Assembly: GCA_028534125.1 (NCBI GenBank)
Contig: CM052816.1
Span: 48,238,001 to 48,302,000, forward strand
Direction: 5' to 3'
Length of the DNA: 64,000 nucleotides
DNA from: Lama glama
Lineage: Eukaryota
The notes below the pieces were generated by a model. It was not told the DNA's origin, did not search any database, and saw only the letters and a list, made by a program, of their open reading frames with translations. The translations under genes and the position numbers were made by a program. Shown one piece after another: positions 12,041 through 25,312 of the stretch. Every line of letters starts with the position of its first letter. Position 1 is the stretch's first letter.

Positions 12041-15000
12041 GGATGCTTGTACGTGAGAGGACAACTACCTTCAATCAGAGTGTCCTACTTTCACAAATTT
12101 CATTTGTAAATATTTACATAAGGAAACATTTGATAACAAATGTAATTGTGAAAACCATGACAATAAGTTGTAATCAAACTGTTGCGAACAGAGTTGTGAC
12201 AGGAATAGAACTCAGTCAGAGTAAAGGCTAGACTAGTAAAGACTAAGATTAGAGGCAAAATTACATTGTATCCATCAGTCTGCAAAGGCACTGCATTTAT
12301 CAAAAATGCTGAATAAGTGAACTGTTATACATTAAAAGGTAAAACTCCCCCCCCTCCAAAAAAAAACAAAAGACAGAAGCAACTGATTTTACTCATTTGA
12401 CATATGTAAAAACAGAGTTAATATGAGGGTTGATAATGTAAATGGGATTTAAAAATACACATAGCCAATTATACCATAATTTATTTCAGCATCATTCTAG
12501 TAACTATTTTATTGACCAACACATTTGATGAGAATGGGAAAAGCACAACTCCACGATAGTTTAGGTTGCAATACAATATGTTTTATCTACTTGATATCTT
12601 AATAGATATTCATGTATCAAAAGCAATACTAGAGCTAGAACTTTGGAAATATTGTAATATGATTTAATGTTCTCTTCTATGTGATAAAATTCAAAATATA
12701 TCTTATTTTACAACTAGTTTGTACACCTAGCTAAACTTGACATAGATCATAAACACCATTGTATTCTCTTTTTGTAAGGTTATTTTGCCCTGAATTTAGA
12801 TGTTAATTTTTTCTGCAATTCCTTTTGCTTTATATTTTAATGAAAGACATGCATCATTGCATTAAGTGAAGTAAGGCCCTGGATAAAATGGAATATTGCT
12901 ATTAACCTCTAACATTAGTGTGTAGGAAGGCAGAGACTAGTTTAATAACTCAGGGATAAAATACTCACTGTGTAATTACCTAAGCCTGCTTTACTCTGGC
13001 ATATTAACATAGGGTAATAAACTTGAGTCTATTTTCAAAAAGAAATGAAATCATCATCAATAATCAATTGTATCCATTTTATAGCTTATGAGGTGATTGG
13101 TTCTTTAAAATGGGGCCATCATCTGATGTTTGACTTTTGTAAAATGATAGTTATATTGCTATATAAATAGCAAGACTTAGATAACTGCCCAATACTGCAT
13201 GGAATTTAGAATATGAAAACTTAAATTAAGCATTAAGTTTTTGAAAAAGTCTACTTTGTGTTTGTCTGTCTCATGCCAAACATTACTTCTAGTTGTATTA
13301 TACATTTTTACATAAGTTCATAGGTTATGCGAAGATCAGCAATAAAACTCATCTCTTAGCATATACAAAGTGATATGCCAGAATCTAATTTTAATTGTTT
13401 AATATATCCATATTTTATATAAGCATAAAAAGTATTTTGTGACAAAATTCATTTTCCTTTTAAGAAGATTTAAAAAATTTGTTTTCTTTTTCCCCTAATT
13501 TCATTTCACTGTTTATATCTCCTTTTTTCCTACAGTTTTAAGTGTTTCTCTATAAGGAGTTTTAAATACTTTTGAAGTCTACATGAATTCAAGTAAGGTA
13601 AAGCTGTCACCCATTACCACTAGGGTTTAATTTCAATAATGACAGCTGAATATGAGCTCTATAGGAATACTGGAAGCCTCCAAGAAAATAATATTTGATA
13701 TGTCCAAAATGTATTTTTTCTATCTCAAAATGCATTTGGAAGTGAAGAATATTTTCAAAAATTACTGAGGAAAGCAGAAGTTTTAACATTAAATGAAATT
13801 AAGTAGTGGATCCAAAGAAATCTATCATATAAATTTGAATTCACAAACAAACCTTTATTGGGCTTTTCCTATGGAAGAATGGCCCTGAAGCTAATTAGCT
13901 AAAAATTTGTAGTTAAGGCATGAGCATGAAAATATTGCCAAATAACAGCTATATTCTTGGGAGTTAAAAAAAGCTTCATCAGTATGTTCTCATTTGTATT
14001 TATAAGTCCACTTATGATTGTTTTAAGGTTTTATTATTATTACTTATTATTTAATAGAATGTCAGATACAGGAAAAAGCAAAAAATGTTCCACAATTAGG
14101 TACATATCTGAGTAGCCATTCCAACAGTCTGAATTTCCAGCAACTTGTTATGTTTTGCCTATTCATAGGGCCTGTCAAACAGGTTTAAGAACAACTGACA
14201 TAAGTCTGGTATTTAAAAAAAAAAATTTACTTGATGGAAATAATAGTGTGCCTTAACAAAACTTATGATAAATGTAGAAAACTTACTCTAGATATTTTCT
14301 TTTAGGAAGATAATGAGATTTAATAGAAAGTTGGAGAGGTTCCCTATGGTCAGAAATTAATTTACAAGCTCATTCCAGAAATCTTATAAAGAACAAGCTT
14401 ATCTAAGGCCAAAGGAACCACAGTAAAACAAAATCAATCACAGAAACATTGCTGACCTCCATGCCCATTAGCTTAGCTCACCCATGAGGGTAACGGACTA
14501 TTATGAAGACTGTTAGATTTAAGTAAAAGGTGGACTGAAAAATAGGTTTTAGCCATTTTATATTATTATGGCCCAAAGGTGACAGGATGTTTCAAAATTG
14601 TGCTTGTCGTTTTGAAGTATGGATGCCACAGGGAAGAGGGTATACAAAAAAAAGAAGCAAATTTCATTAGACCAGGAATTCCACTGATAAATCAAAAAAG
14701 GGGTAAAAGTCACATTGTAAAATTGTGGAAGAGTCATGAAAAGCAAACCCTTTCCAATTTCATGCTAGAAAGGCTAAAGTACATTTCACGTGGAACTTGG
14801 CAGTGATTTGAAAAAAAATTCCCAAATGGCAAAGGTGTTAGGTGATTTCAACGGTATTATTTAAACTCTGTGTTTGGAAAATGCTATTGAAGATAAGAAC
14901 CATATAAGGCCAATAAATTTTGTTCCTATTTATGCTCAGTAGGACCTTTTATTCCTATTTTTTAAAAAATATCTTTATAAACTTTTGAGCAGAGATTTAT

Positions 15001-16339
15001 GTGGGTAGTCTTTCTCCATGAATTAAAGGATTAAATAAGACAATGTACACTAAATATTTCTAAATCAACAAGTGACATCAAAATTAATTAAAAGCATGGA
15101 AACAGAATGGCCTATCAAAAACTATAGTAAATTTTAATGAGTTGATGATAGAGCTATTAATGGTAGTGTTTGCCCAATTAATTTAAAGAAGAAGAATGAG
15201 ACCAAAGGTAATGTCTGATTACAAATATTCTCAGAAGGCATTTTTTATTAAATATTGGGTTCATATATAATTTTTCATAAATTTAGTTGATTTTCTAAAG
15301 TAAAAAAGCATAATGATACAAACTTGATTATTATTACATTTTTTGTCATTAGAGTTGCTAATTTTAATTAGTATATATTCTTGGCATTATCATATAATGA
15401 CAGCATGCAAGGATCTATTCCAAGAGATTGTGTAGCCTCTTCTAAAAGAATAAATTAGGCAGTAGCTGTGGTTTTCTCTTCAATTATTATTATTTTATGC
15501 ATTCATTTTCATCATAAAGTCTTTTCATCATTAAGGTTAAGGCTTGATTGTTCTCTTTTAAGAACACACTATCTCAAGCCATATGTAAATCTAAACATCA
15601 ACTCATCATCTTTAAGTACTTAAAATAATGATCTAAGAATCTAAGAATCTAAGAATTTCACACCTGTTTTTGTTTGAAATGATTGTATAGTCATCATATA
15701 TACCAAAGTTATAAGTTAAGCATGCATTCCTCTAAACAGATTGCATTTAAAAAAACAGCATTTAATGCTCCATTTCTTTGAAATTTATCACTCTAAAGTA
15801 GTTTGCTTAGAAATATCAATTTAAAAGTAATAGGTATCTTTTTAAAGATATTTAGAATATTTTTTAAAGTATTGACAGATTACTAGTTTAATTTCTACAT
15901 AGTAACATTTCATTGTAATAGTCTGCATGTAAAATTTTTATAACTTTGAAAAAGCTAAATTGTATTATGTTCACATTACACACTGATGAAATACAGAATA
16001 GTTACTCCTATTATGGGTATTTTGAACATTTAGAAAATATATGATCTTTCCCCATCAGTGAAATACTAATTCACTTAAAATTTGAATTGAGCACCATCAT
16101 TGTTTCCATGTGTAAATGTGGCCCTGTGAGAGTCTTAGAAAAATTAAGTTAGCACCAATAAAAGGCCATATTTGAGATAACCTTTATCGGTGCTAACTTT
16201 ATTGGAGAAAGTTCAGGTTCTAGCCATGTACTCCATGGACTGGAGACATCTCCACTTGGCAACCTTTTGATCTTCTTACATATCTCCCATAAAGCACATA
16301 AAATGCTAACATACACAAAAACGATTTGATAGGCACATT

Positions 16340-17095
16340 ACCCACCAGTTCCTCCTGCAATTTCTCTCTCTCAGTTAATGGCAACTTCATTTTGTCAGTT
16401 GCCTGGGTGAAAAACCTTGAGATGATCCTTGATACCAGTCTATCAGCAAATTATATTGGCTCTAATTTCAAAATATACTTGGGTTGACTATTTTTCTCCA
16501 CTTCACTTCCAACACCCTGGTCCACCTTTTAAACCTGAGTTATTGCAATAGCTTCTTTTTCTGAGTATGATCCCATTTTCTGTTTTCCTTTTCCAAGACT
16601 GTCATGGTTGTTATCAACACAGAAGCCACAATAATTCTGACAAAACATCTGCATTACTCCTCTTCTAAAACCCATAGTGATTTTCAATCTCATTCAGGGG
16701 AAAAGCCAAAGTTCCCATATAACTTAGGTATGGTAAGCCGAAGTCCTAATTTCCTGTCTGTATTCTTCTCTCACTACTAGCTTCATCTCTCCATTTCATC
16801 CCCATTAGTTCTTATTTAGTAATCATTTCTTTTTTATGGAATGCTCTTCCCCAGATATCCCTCACTTGCTTCAGACTATCACATCTAATTTAAACTTCTC
16901 TAGCTTCTGTATTATTTTCATTGTAAAACTTAACACTATTTAACGTATGGTTTATTTATCTTGTTGATTATTTTCTATGTTTAGTGTGTAAGATTTAAGG
17001 ACTCAGGGAGTTTTGTCTAATTTTTTACTGTTCTATCTCCAGAAACTGTGCCTAGTATACAGTAGGTGTTCAGTAAATATATCTGAATGGATAAA
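16340..17095 (+). mobile_element. L2 3' portion
   Basis: 'tctcagttaatggcaacttc...cagttgc...aaaaaccttgag' through the terminus 'gtgcctagtatacagtaggtgttcagtaaatatatctgaatg'. Confidence 0.8.
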
Positions 17096-19017
17096 TATAG
17101 GAAGTCACATGAAGCTTTTGTCTTATGATGGACATATGCTGTGAGTGAAGGAAGGTAAAGAAAACTGACATGGAAGTAGATTCTCTTCCCCTTAAAAGTG
17201 CATGAAAATATCTAAGAGATAAGCATTACATTTTAGAAACTTTAACCTGTTTTAGAAAGATGAGTGACTAGTAAATGTTTTCTGACCAAGTGGACTTCTA
17301 AAATGTTCATGTGAATTGCAGAATGGAGGTACTGGCAAAGAAAGCCACAGGTACAGATAGAAAGCCCTAAAATAACTGCACTTGACACTTTGGGCGACTG
17401 CTAACGTTGGCCAGTCACCTCAAAACAGACTGGAAAATGTTATCAATTCTCCCTCTACTTCCAACACTAGTTGTTCAAGGGGTCACAGACATACATCACT
17501 AGCGCCACAAGTGATTTATGAGATACTCTGCCAGTCCAGTGATTCAGTAAAGTGCACTGCATGCTGCATATATAATATAGGGCTTATATGGGGGAAATTA
17601 CAAGCAGATATGGAACAGAGTGCTTGCTATACCCCAAACTTTTGTTATGGAGTGCTTGCTATACTCCATAACACAGGCTGCACACAGATAATCTGTTTGT
17701 ATCATGGCCAAAGTTCCAGCTGGGAGGGAACTACCAGAGCCAGCAGACTGGACATAATACCAAAAGCACATCATGGCAAAACATAGCTCATCCCCACACA
17801 CCCTCTAGGACCACTGTCTCTAACTAGTCCCATCCCTTGTCCCTTGAGGGCTCGTTAAATGTAAGTTTCTCTATCAATTCTGATTGATCCCAGATCAGAA
17901 CGAATTCTATAGTAGCATCTGCCAGTAGCATACTTGTGGAAGGATAGTTAGGTCAGTTGGTTTAGTTCTTACTAGAAAAAGAGAATGAGTTACTTCCTAC
18001 TCCTCATCCATCTACCAATGTTCGGGATGTTCACACCTAGCCAAGCAAAGTATCTTCTTGAATATGAGAAAGTCTATTCATTTTCCAAAATGATGAGATC
18101 GAAGTTGCCATTTTGTCATCACATGTGACCTCTGGGCAGGAGGAAGATGATGGTGGCCAGAGAACATTCTGAGGCAAAAGTCAATAACTATGTTCATGTT
18201 TGCCCAGATAGCTTTGATGTGAGCATCCTCTTAGGACAAAGCAAGCACTGTATAAATTATCCATTCATCCTCAGAAATCAGGACAGGGACAGACAAAGGA
18301 GAGTACACTATTATGAAAATGATGAGAGAATAATTTCCCTTTCTTATAACCTGAGGTAAAGACATAAGCAAAAAGAGTGAAAGGAAAAGCTGCCTCTGGG
18401 GGAGTGCAATGCCATATTTATGTAAAGATTGCCTTTTCTTTTCTTTTTCTTTTCATTCCACCTCCGGTTTCAGGAAAAAATAAGAGCTGGTTACCTTTTT
18501 CAAAGTGAAAAGTAGAGGTCACTAAAAGAGTAACTTTTTAAAAGTCTGGTGATGACTAAATTATACCCTCCACTAAGTCAGAGACTTGTGATCATAGAGA
18601 AATGAGATGGCTGGACAGGGGACAGCCTTCATTTTTCCCATCTTCTTACTACTTGGTATGCCCAGAATACCCCCAGAGATAGTAGATACTTAGGAAAATA
18701 GTAAAGCTTGACCTGTTATTGATGTCACTTCATATTTGTACTCAAATAAGTTGAGCCTTCTCAAATCAGCTGCAGAGCTTAGGTTTTACAAGGAATTAAG
18801 AAAACATCTAGAAGCTCAAAAACACCCCATTGTGTCCAATGGATCTTTATATTCATTTTTTCAAGGATGTTGGATGGGGAGTTCTCCAAATATGGTATCT
18901 TTAGTAGCATAAATTTATCTAAGGTTTTACTTAATAGCATTAAATAGCAAATTATGCTGGTATCTGCACCAAAAAATATACATGTCAAATTGCAAATCCA
19001 CTAGGTCCTTACTAGTA

Positions 19018-21355
19018 TAGTCATACCTTGTTTTACTGCACTTGGCTTTATTGTACTTTGCAGATAATGCACTTTTTTACAAATTGAGTTTGTGGCAAGC
19101 ATATGTCAAGCAAGTCTGTGGATACTTTTTCCAACATTTGCTCACTTTGTGTGTCTGTGTCAAATTTTGATAATTCTTGTGATATTCCAAAGTTTTCCAT
19201 TATTATTATAGTTGTTATACTGATCTGTGATCAGTGATCTTTGATATTACTATGAAAATATTTGGGGGGGCATCACAAACTGCACATACATATAACAGCG
19301 AACTTAGTTATAAATGTTGGTGTGTGTTCAGACTGCTCCAATGACTGGTCATTTCCTCATCTCTCTCTCTCTCTTTCTTTGGCCCTCCCTATTCTCTGAG
19401 ACACTACAATATTGAAATTAGGCTACTTAATAACCCTACAATGGTCTCTAAATGTTCAAGTGAAAAGAAGAATGCATTTTCCCACTTTAAATCAACAACT
19501 GGAAATGATTTAGTGAGGAAGGTATGTCAAAAGCTTAGACAGGCCAAAAGTTAGGTGCCTTGTGCTAAACAATTAGTCAAGTTGTTAATGCAAAAGACAA
19601 GTTTTTGAAAGAAATTAAAAGTGAGTACATGAATGATAAGAAGGTGAAATAGCCTTATTGCTGATATGGAGAAGTTTTAGTGATCTGTAGAAAAGATTAA
19701 ACCAGCCACAACATTCCCTTAAGACAAAGCCTAATCTTAAGCAAGGCCCTAACTCTCTTCAATTCTACAAAGGCTGTGAGAGGTGAGAAAGCTAAAGAAG
19801 AAAAGTCTGAAGCTAACAGAGGTTGGTTCATGAAGCTGAAGGAAAGAAGCCATCTCTCCATAACATAAAAGTACATGGTGAAGGATAAAGTCCTGATGTA
19901 GAAGGTGCATCAAGTTATTCAGAAGATTTAAGTAAGATAATTAATGAAGGTGGCTACACAAAAACAACAGATTTTTCAACACAGACAAAAGAGCTTTCTA
20001 TTGGAAGAAGATGCCATCTAGGACTTTCACAGCTAGAGAGGAGAAATCAATGTCTAGCTTCAACACTTCAAAGAACAGGCTAATTCTCTTGTCAGGGGCT
20101 AGTACAGCTGGAAACTTTAAGTTGAAGTCAGTGTTCATTTACCCTTCTAAAAATCCTAGGGTCCTTAAGAGTTATGCTAAATCTACTCTGCTTTTGCTCT
20201 CTAAATGAAACAACAAAATCTGGATGCAGTATACCTGTTTACAACATGGCTTACTGAATATTTTAAGCCCACTGTTGAGATCTACTGCTCAGAAAAGAAG
20301 ATTCCTTTCAAAATATTACTTCTCATTGGCAATGCACTTGGTCACCTAAGAGCTCTGAGGAAGGTATGCAATGAAATTGAAGTTGCTTTCATGCCTGATA
20401 AAACAGCATCCATCCTGTAGCCCAAGGATCAAGGAGTCATTTCAACTTTCAAGTCTTATTATTTAAGAAATACACTTCATAAGGCTCTAGCTGCCAAAAA
20501 CAGAGATTCCTCTGATGGGATCACCATTCTAGATGCCATTAAGAACATTCATGATTCCTGGGAAATGCTCAAAATATCAACATTAACAGGAGTTTAGGAG
20601 ATGTTGATTTCAACTCTCATGGCTGACTTTGAGGGGTTCAAGACTTCAGTGGAGGAAATAAGTGCAGATGTGGTGGAAACAGCAAGTGGACTAGAATTAG
20701 AAGTGGAGCCTGAAGATGTGACTAAATTGCTGCAACCTCATGATAAAACTTTAACTGATGAGGAATTGCTTCTTATGGATGAGTAAAGAAAGTTGTTTCT
20801 TAAGATGGAATCTACTTCTGGTGAAGATGCTGTGAAGATTATTGAAATGACAAAAAAGGATTTGGAATACTATATAAACTTAGTTGATAAAGCAGTAGCA
20901 AGCTTGAGAGGGTTGACTCCAATTTTGAAAGAAGTTCTACTGAGTTAAATGCTATCAAACAGCATTGCATATTACAGAGAAATCATTGGTGAAAGGAAGA
21001 ATCAATTGATGCAGCCAACTTCACTGTCGTCTTATTTTAGGAAATTGCCACATCCACCCCAACCTTCAGCAATCACTTCCCTGATAAATCAGCAGCCATC
21101 AGGACTCTCCATCAGCAAAAAGATTATGACTTACTGTAGGCTCAGACATTTAGCATTTTCTAGCAATAAAGTATTTTTAAATTAAGCTATCTAGCTTTTT
21201 AAGACAATGCTATTACACAGTTAGACTACAGTTAGTGTAAACATGATTTTTATATGTTCTGAGAAACCCTCAAATCCATGTGACTCATTTTATTGCAATA
21301 TTCACTTTTTGGGGTAGTCTGGAACAGAGCCTGCAATATCTCTGAGGTATGCCTA
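19018..21355 (+). mobile_element. Tigger1 DNA transposon (TcMar-Tigger), nearly full length
   Basis: Left TIR 'tagtcatacct' after TA (19016-17) and right TIR 'gaggtatgccta'; ~2.34 kb; internal ORF pieces [14 protein letters not shown]..., [24 protein letters not shown] and [11 protein letters not shown] are Tigger1/TIGD1-like. Confidence 0.96.
19441..21140 (+). pseudogene. Disabled Tigger1 (pogo-family DDE) transposase
   Basis: Starts 'atggtctctaaatgttcaagtgaaaagaag' (MVSKCSSEKK, compare MASKCSSERK); broken into short ORFs (20011, 20205, 20601, 20949) by stops and frameshifts. Confidence 0.9.
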
Positions 21356-22829
21356 TGATTCCATTTTCAGTATAACTCTAATAATACTCAATTTGAATGA
21401 AACTATTTCTCTTTAGGGTTTGTTAGTGAGTAATATCTCTTTGATTTAATATGTCTAAAAATGTTAGAAGTTCATATTCAAAAGTGCAATCTGTTTCCAA
21501 TAATATTTTAACTTTGAAAAAGAAAGACTGACCTTCATGAAAGAACAGTAAGTGGAGCTATAATTTACAAATGTGGGTATTAGGATCAATTTGGCCTGCA
21601 AATGACAGATGTATTATCATTTGCTTAGCATTTTTATCCTATGTATTTTCAGAAACAGGAAAGAGGCACCTGCATTTATAAGCACATAAGTCAAGATCCA
21701 ATTTTCTGGTCCAATATAGTCTGATCTGTAAAATAGATGATCACAACTGAATGCAAGTGGCCTCTTCCTTGATTGGACAGACTATGTGATATTTAGGAAA
21801 AATCTTAATGGCAGATGAATGGCAGAGCATGCTAATTTTGTGTTATTTTTCATTATTTAAAAAATGTTACATTTTAGCTTTATTCAATGTCTTTATTTAA
21901 TATATTTTGTAGAATAAATATAAAAATTCATGAGGAAATAAAGTTTTTTTCATTCATAACAAGATAAGAGCATGGATATGTATTTGCTCATATTGATGGT
22001 GGCAAATATTTGTTTTAAATTTTTGACATGCAAAAAACCTGTACTACAAACAAATGACTAAATATTATCAAACACTTATTAATTATTGATGGATTAGCTG
22101 ACTTTAAATACTTAGATTAAATAACCTTATTCTACCATCATTCTCACTGGATACTTACATTGCTTTTCCTTTTTCACTATTATGTGATGAGCGACCATTT
22201 ACATAGATCTTTATTCATATGCCTGAGTTTCCTTTTGAAAGATTTCTGAGAAATATTGAATCAAAGCTCTTTAAATTTTTCAAGGGTTCTTATTTATATT
22301 AGCTAATCACCTTCCTGAAGAGTTGTAATTTACCTCACCAGTAGCATAAGGTGATCATCTTTCTGTATTAAAAAACATTACTTTTTGGGGTATTGAGAGT
22401 TGGAAATAGGTATAAAATTGGATCTCATTGCTATTATAATTTGCAGCTCTTTGCTTTTAAGTTAAGTTGAATTCATATACATTTTATTCATTTGCATTTT
22501 AAATGAAATTACCTCTTCATATTTCTGTTAAAGCATTTGAATTTTTGTCATATTTAACATAGTTTTCCAAGTTTAACTTTTGAAATTATCTTATTGTTGG
22601 ATTTTTGAACTACAGAAATATTAGTTTCATTTGATCAAATCTAAAAGTGATTTTCTTTGTGATTGATATCACTATTTTTATTCATTTTATTTATTTAGAA
22701 TATACTTCTTTTGACTTATCCTCCCCATAAAAAATAAAAGAAAAAACTCATTTTTGACTATGCTCTGAATATGCAGAACTTGACATTTCTCGCCCAAATG
22801 CCAGCAAGCTTGCCTGCAGTCTGCACTGC

Positions 22830-23169
22830 AAATCTTGAGCTATAGTTCAAGTCTGATTCTGAAGATTTGAGAATCAAAGAAATGGTTGATGTAAGTCCCA
22901 GTCCAAGGAAGAAGAAGACCAATGTTCTTGCCCAAGGTGTCAAGCAGAAAGTGCACATTTTTCCTTCCTCTGTATTTTTGTTCAATTCAGGCCCTCAACC
23001 AACTGAATGGTTCTTATTCACATTGGGGAGGGCAAACTTCTCTACTCAGTCTACTGATTCAAATGTTAATCTCATCTGAATACGCTCCCACAGAAATACT
23101 CAGAAACAATGTTTAGCCAAATAACCTGGACCCCTGTGATCCAGCTGACACATAAAATTAACCATCACA
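22830..23169 (-). mobile_element. MLT2 (ERVL) LTR, partial
   Basis: 'cacattggggagggcaa...tactcagtctactgattcaaatgttaatctcatc...gacacataaaattaaccatcaca' is the antisense MLT2 5' end. Confidence 0.88.
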
Positions 23170-24817
23170 CCATTGGATAGTGTGCAAGTAATTAATACAT
23201 TAAATATTTCAACTCATGTAGAAATATAAACTGAAGGGTAGAAAATTATGATGCCACTTACCATGCTACCAGGGCCATAATGGAAAGAGATCAGTACATG
23301 AGATTTATCATACTGTAATATCATTGTCTTCATTAACATAACTCCTTTAAAAATCAAAATACAAGTCAATAACATCCTTTTAAAATTGTGTTGTATTCTT
23401 GTAATTTTCAATATTCAAATGTGTCTGCATTTTGTAAATATCCTCTTTATATGTTATATGTTAAATATTCTCATATGTTCAGGAAATAAAATACTGTAAC
23501 ATTGTGTAACCATTCAGATTACTTAAATTAAAAATTCTCTGATGTAAAGAAATTGGAACTTTGGCTTGGCTTTTGCACTTTAGCTGATTATTAACACTTA
23601 AGTTTTTCTTTTTCATATAAGGCAAAATGTGGCATGATTTAATTGTCTTGTACAGCTCTCTTCTTAATCACATTACTAATGTTTGTAAGACTTCTAAACT
23701 TTTTTATTCCTGAGGAATTAGAGTATAGTAGGAAAAATTATATTCTTTAAAATACATTTAGGGAAAATAAAATATATACTATCTCATAAAGTATATATTC
23801 ATAAAACATTCTATCTTTTAAAAACATCTTGTTGCACAAAATTTAACCTTACTCCTTTTCCCACTGACAGCCCATCAGTATTATCCATTAATTTAAATTT
23901 AATTTTTTTTTATGTTCTTACTACCAGGTCTTGTATTTGTTATACTGTGTGGGACATTCATTAAACCCCGGACTCTTAATAATCTATTTTGGTCATTCTG
24001 GGCATTTGTATTCACATATGCTTAAGCTAATTATTTTCCAATGTCAGAATAAGTAGTTGGATATCTTAGTTATTGTATCAGTAATTCAGCATAATAAAAT
24101 CAAATAAAACATCCTTGCTAGAAAAGACTTTTTAACTTTTGAACTAGTCATAGTTTATCAAGAATGTACAGTCTGTCTTTTTAATCACTCAAAAAATATT
24201 TAGCAAGTCGGTCTGAAAGCTTTCTATCTGTAAGGATCCAAAATTGCACCTATGTGAAACTATCTTTTTTATTTTTTAGTTTTTTACAAATTATTTCTTA
24301 ATGCTCAATAAAAGATTGCCAAAAGTTTCTGGAACTTTAAGAATGCGGTATTTTATAGAGAATCTCTTTAGAATGAGATATAATGTCTGAAGCAGTTGCT
24401 GGCAGGATCAAACTCATTAATTATAACTATGCTGTCTGCATGAACATGATAACTGGTTACTGTGCAGACAGCTACTAGAAATGATGAGGGGAAAGATCCA
24501 AGCTTCTAACAGTTCTGTAAGTAATTTTGAACATATTGCTCCACAGTACAGATGTTTAATAGTTACGTCAACTTTGCATTTGAGAAAGTAATTGATGTGT
24601 AGAAAGGTTTGTTTGGAAAAATAGCTACAAGTTTTCATTACCTGCCAGGGGAAAAATGCTTTAGTATAATTTTTTATTTTATTTTATTGCAGTGGTATAA
24701 ACAGAAGTATCTGTTGAGATGTCCCCTATTTTCTTCAACTAATTTAGACACTAAGACATTGAACTGTTCTCAGATTATCATAGTCAATCAACCGAAGTTT
24801 ACTACACTATATGACAC

Positions 24818-25312
24818 TGAAGGGTGGAAGAATGTGCCATCTCAAAATATGCCACTTTGGCATAGAATTATTTTGAGCTAAAGGCACTAAAAATAGCAGA
24901 TGCAAGAAGGGCATACTCTCTTTTTCCTCCTGAAAACAGGAGATTAAAAACTTCCATGTGAAAGATGTCCTCCCTGAATCAGGAGAAAAGAAACATTCTT
25001 CCACTGGGACCCAAAATTGAGGGAATTAGAATTTTGACAAAAAGACTTTGTTAAAATAATTATCTTCCTTTAACCTCCCCAAATATTTTAGTTACTTTTC
25101 GACAACTGCCTCTCTTTGTTCAACCAATATAAAAGTGTTTAGGTTTTGCTATTTCTTTGGGTCTTCATTTCCTTATGAGGGCTCCTGTGCCACATAAAAC
25201 TTAATATAAAATTGTATACTTTTCTCCTGTTAAACTATCTGACATCAATTTAATTCTCATGTCCAGCTAAAGAATTCTAAGAGGGTAAAGGCAAAATTTT
25301 GTCTCCCCTACA
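24818..25312 (+). mobile_element. MER34/MER39-like ERV1 solo LTR
   Basis: Begins 'tgaagggtggaagaatgtgccatctcaaaatatgccactttggcata..attattttgagctaaaggca' and ends 'ctcccctaca'. Confidence 0.85.

Noticed and set aside
15630..15656. Short tandem duplications (atctaaga x3; others at ~37260, 38078, 41052, 50395)
   Set aside because: Ordinary slippage micro-duplications with no repeat-spacer organisation; not CRISPR-like.
17495..17516. Partial CTCF-like word (gtggcgcta on the minus strand)
   Set aside because: Only half of the core motif matches.
17382..17786. Longest ORF in the track (134 aa)
   Set aside because: TTG start, no recognisable domain and no convincing splice boundaries; within chance expectation for 64 kb.
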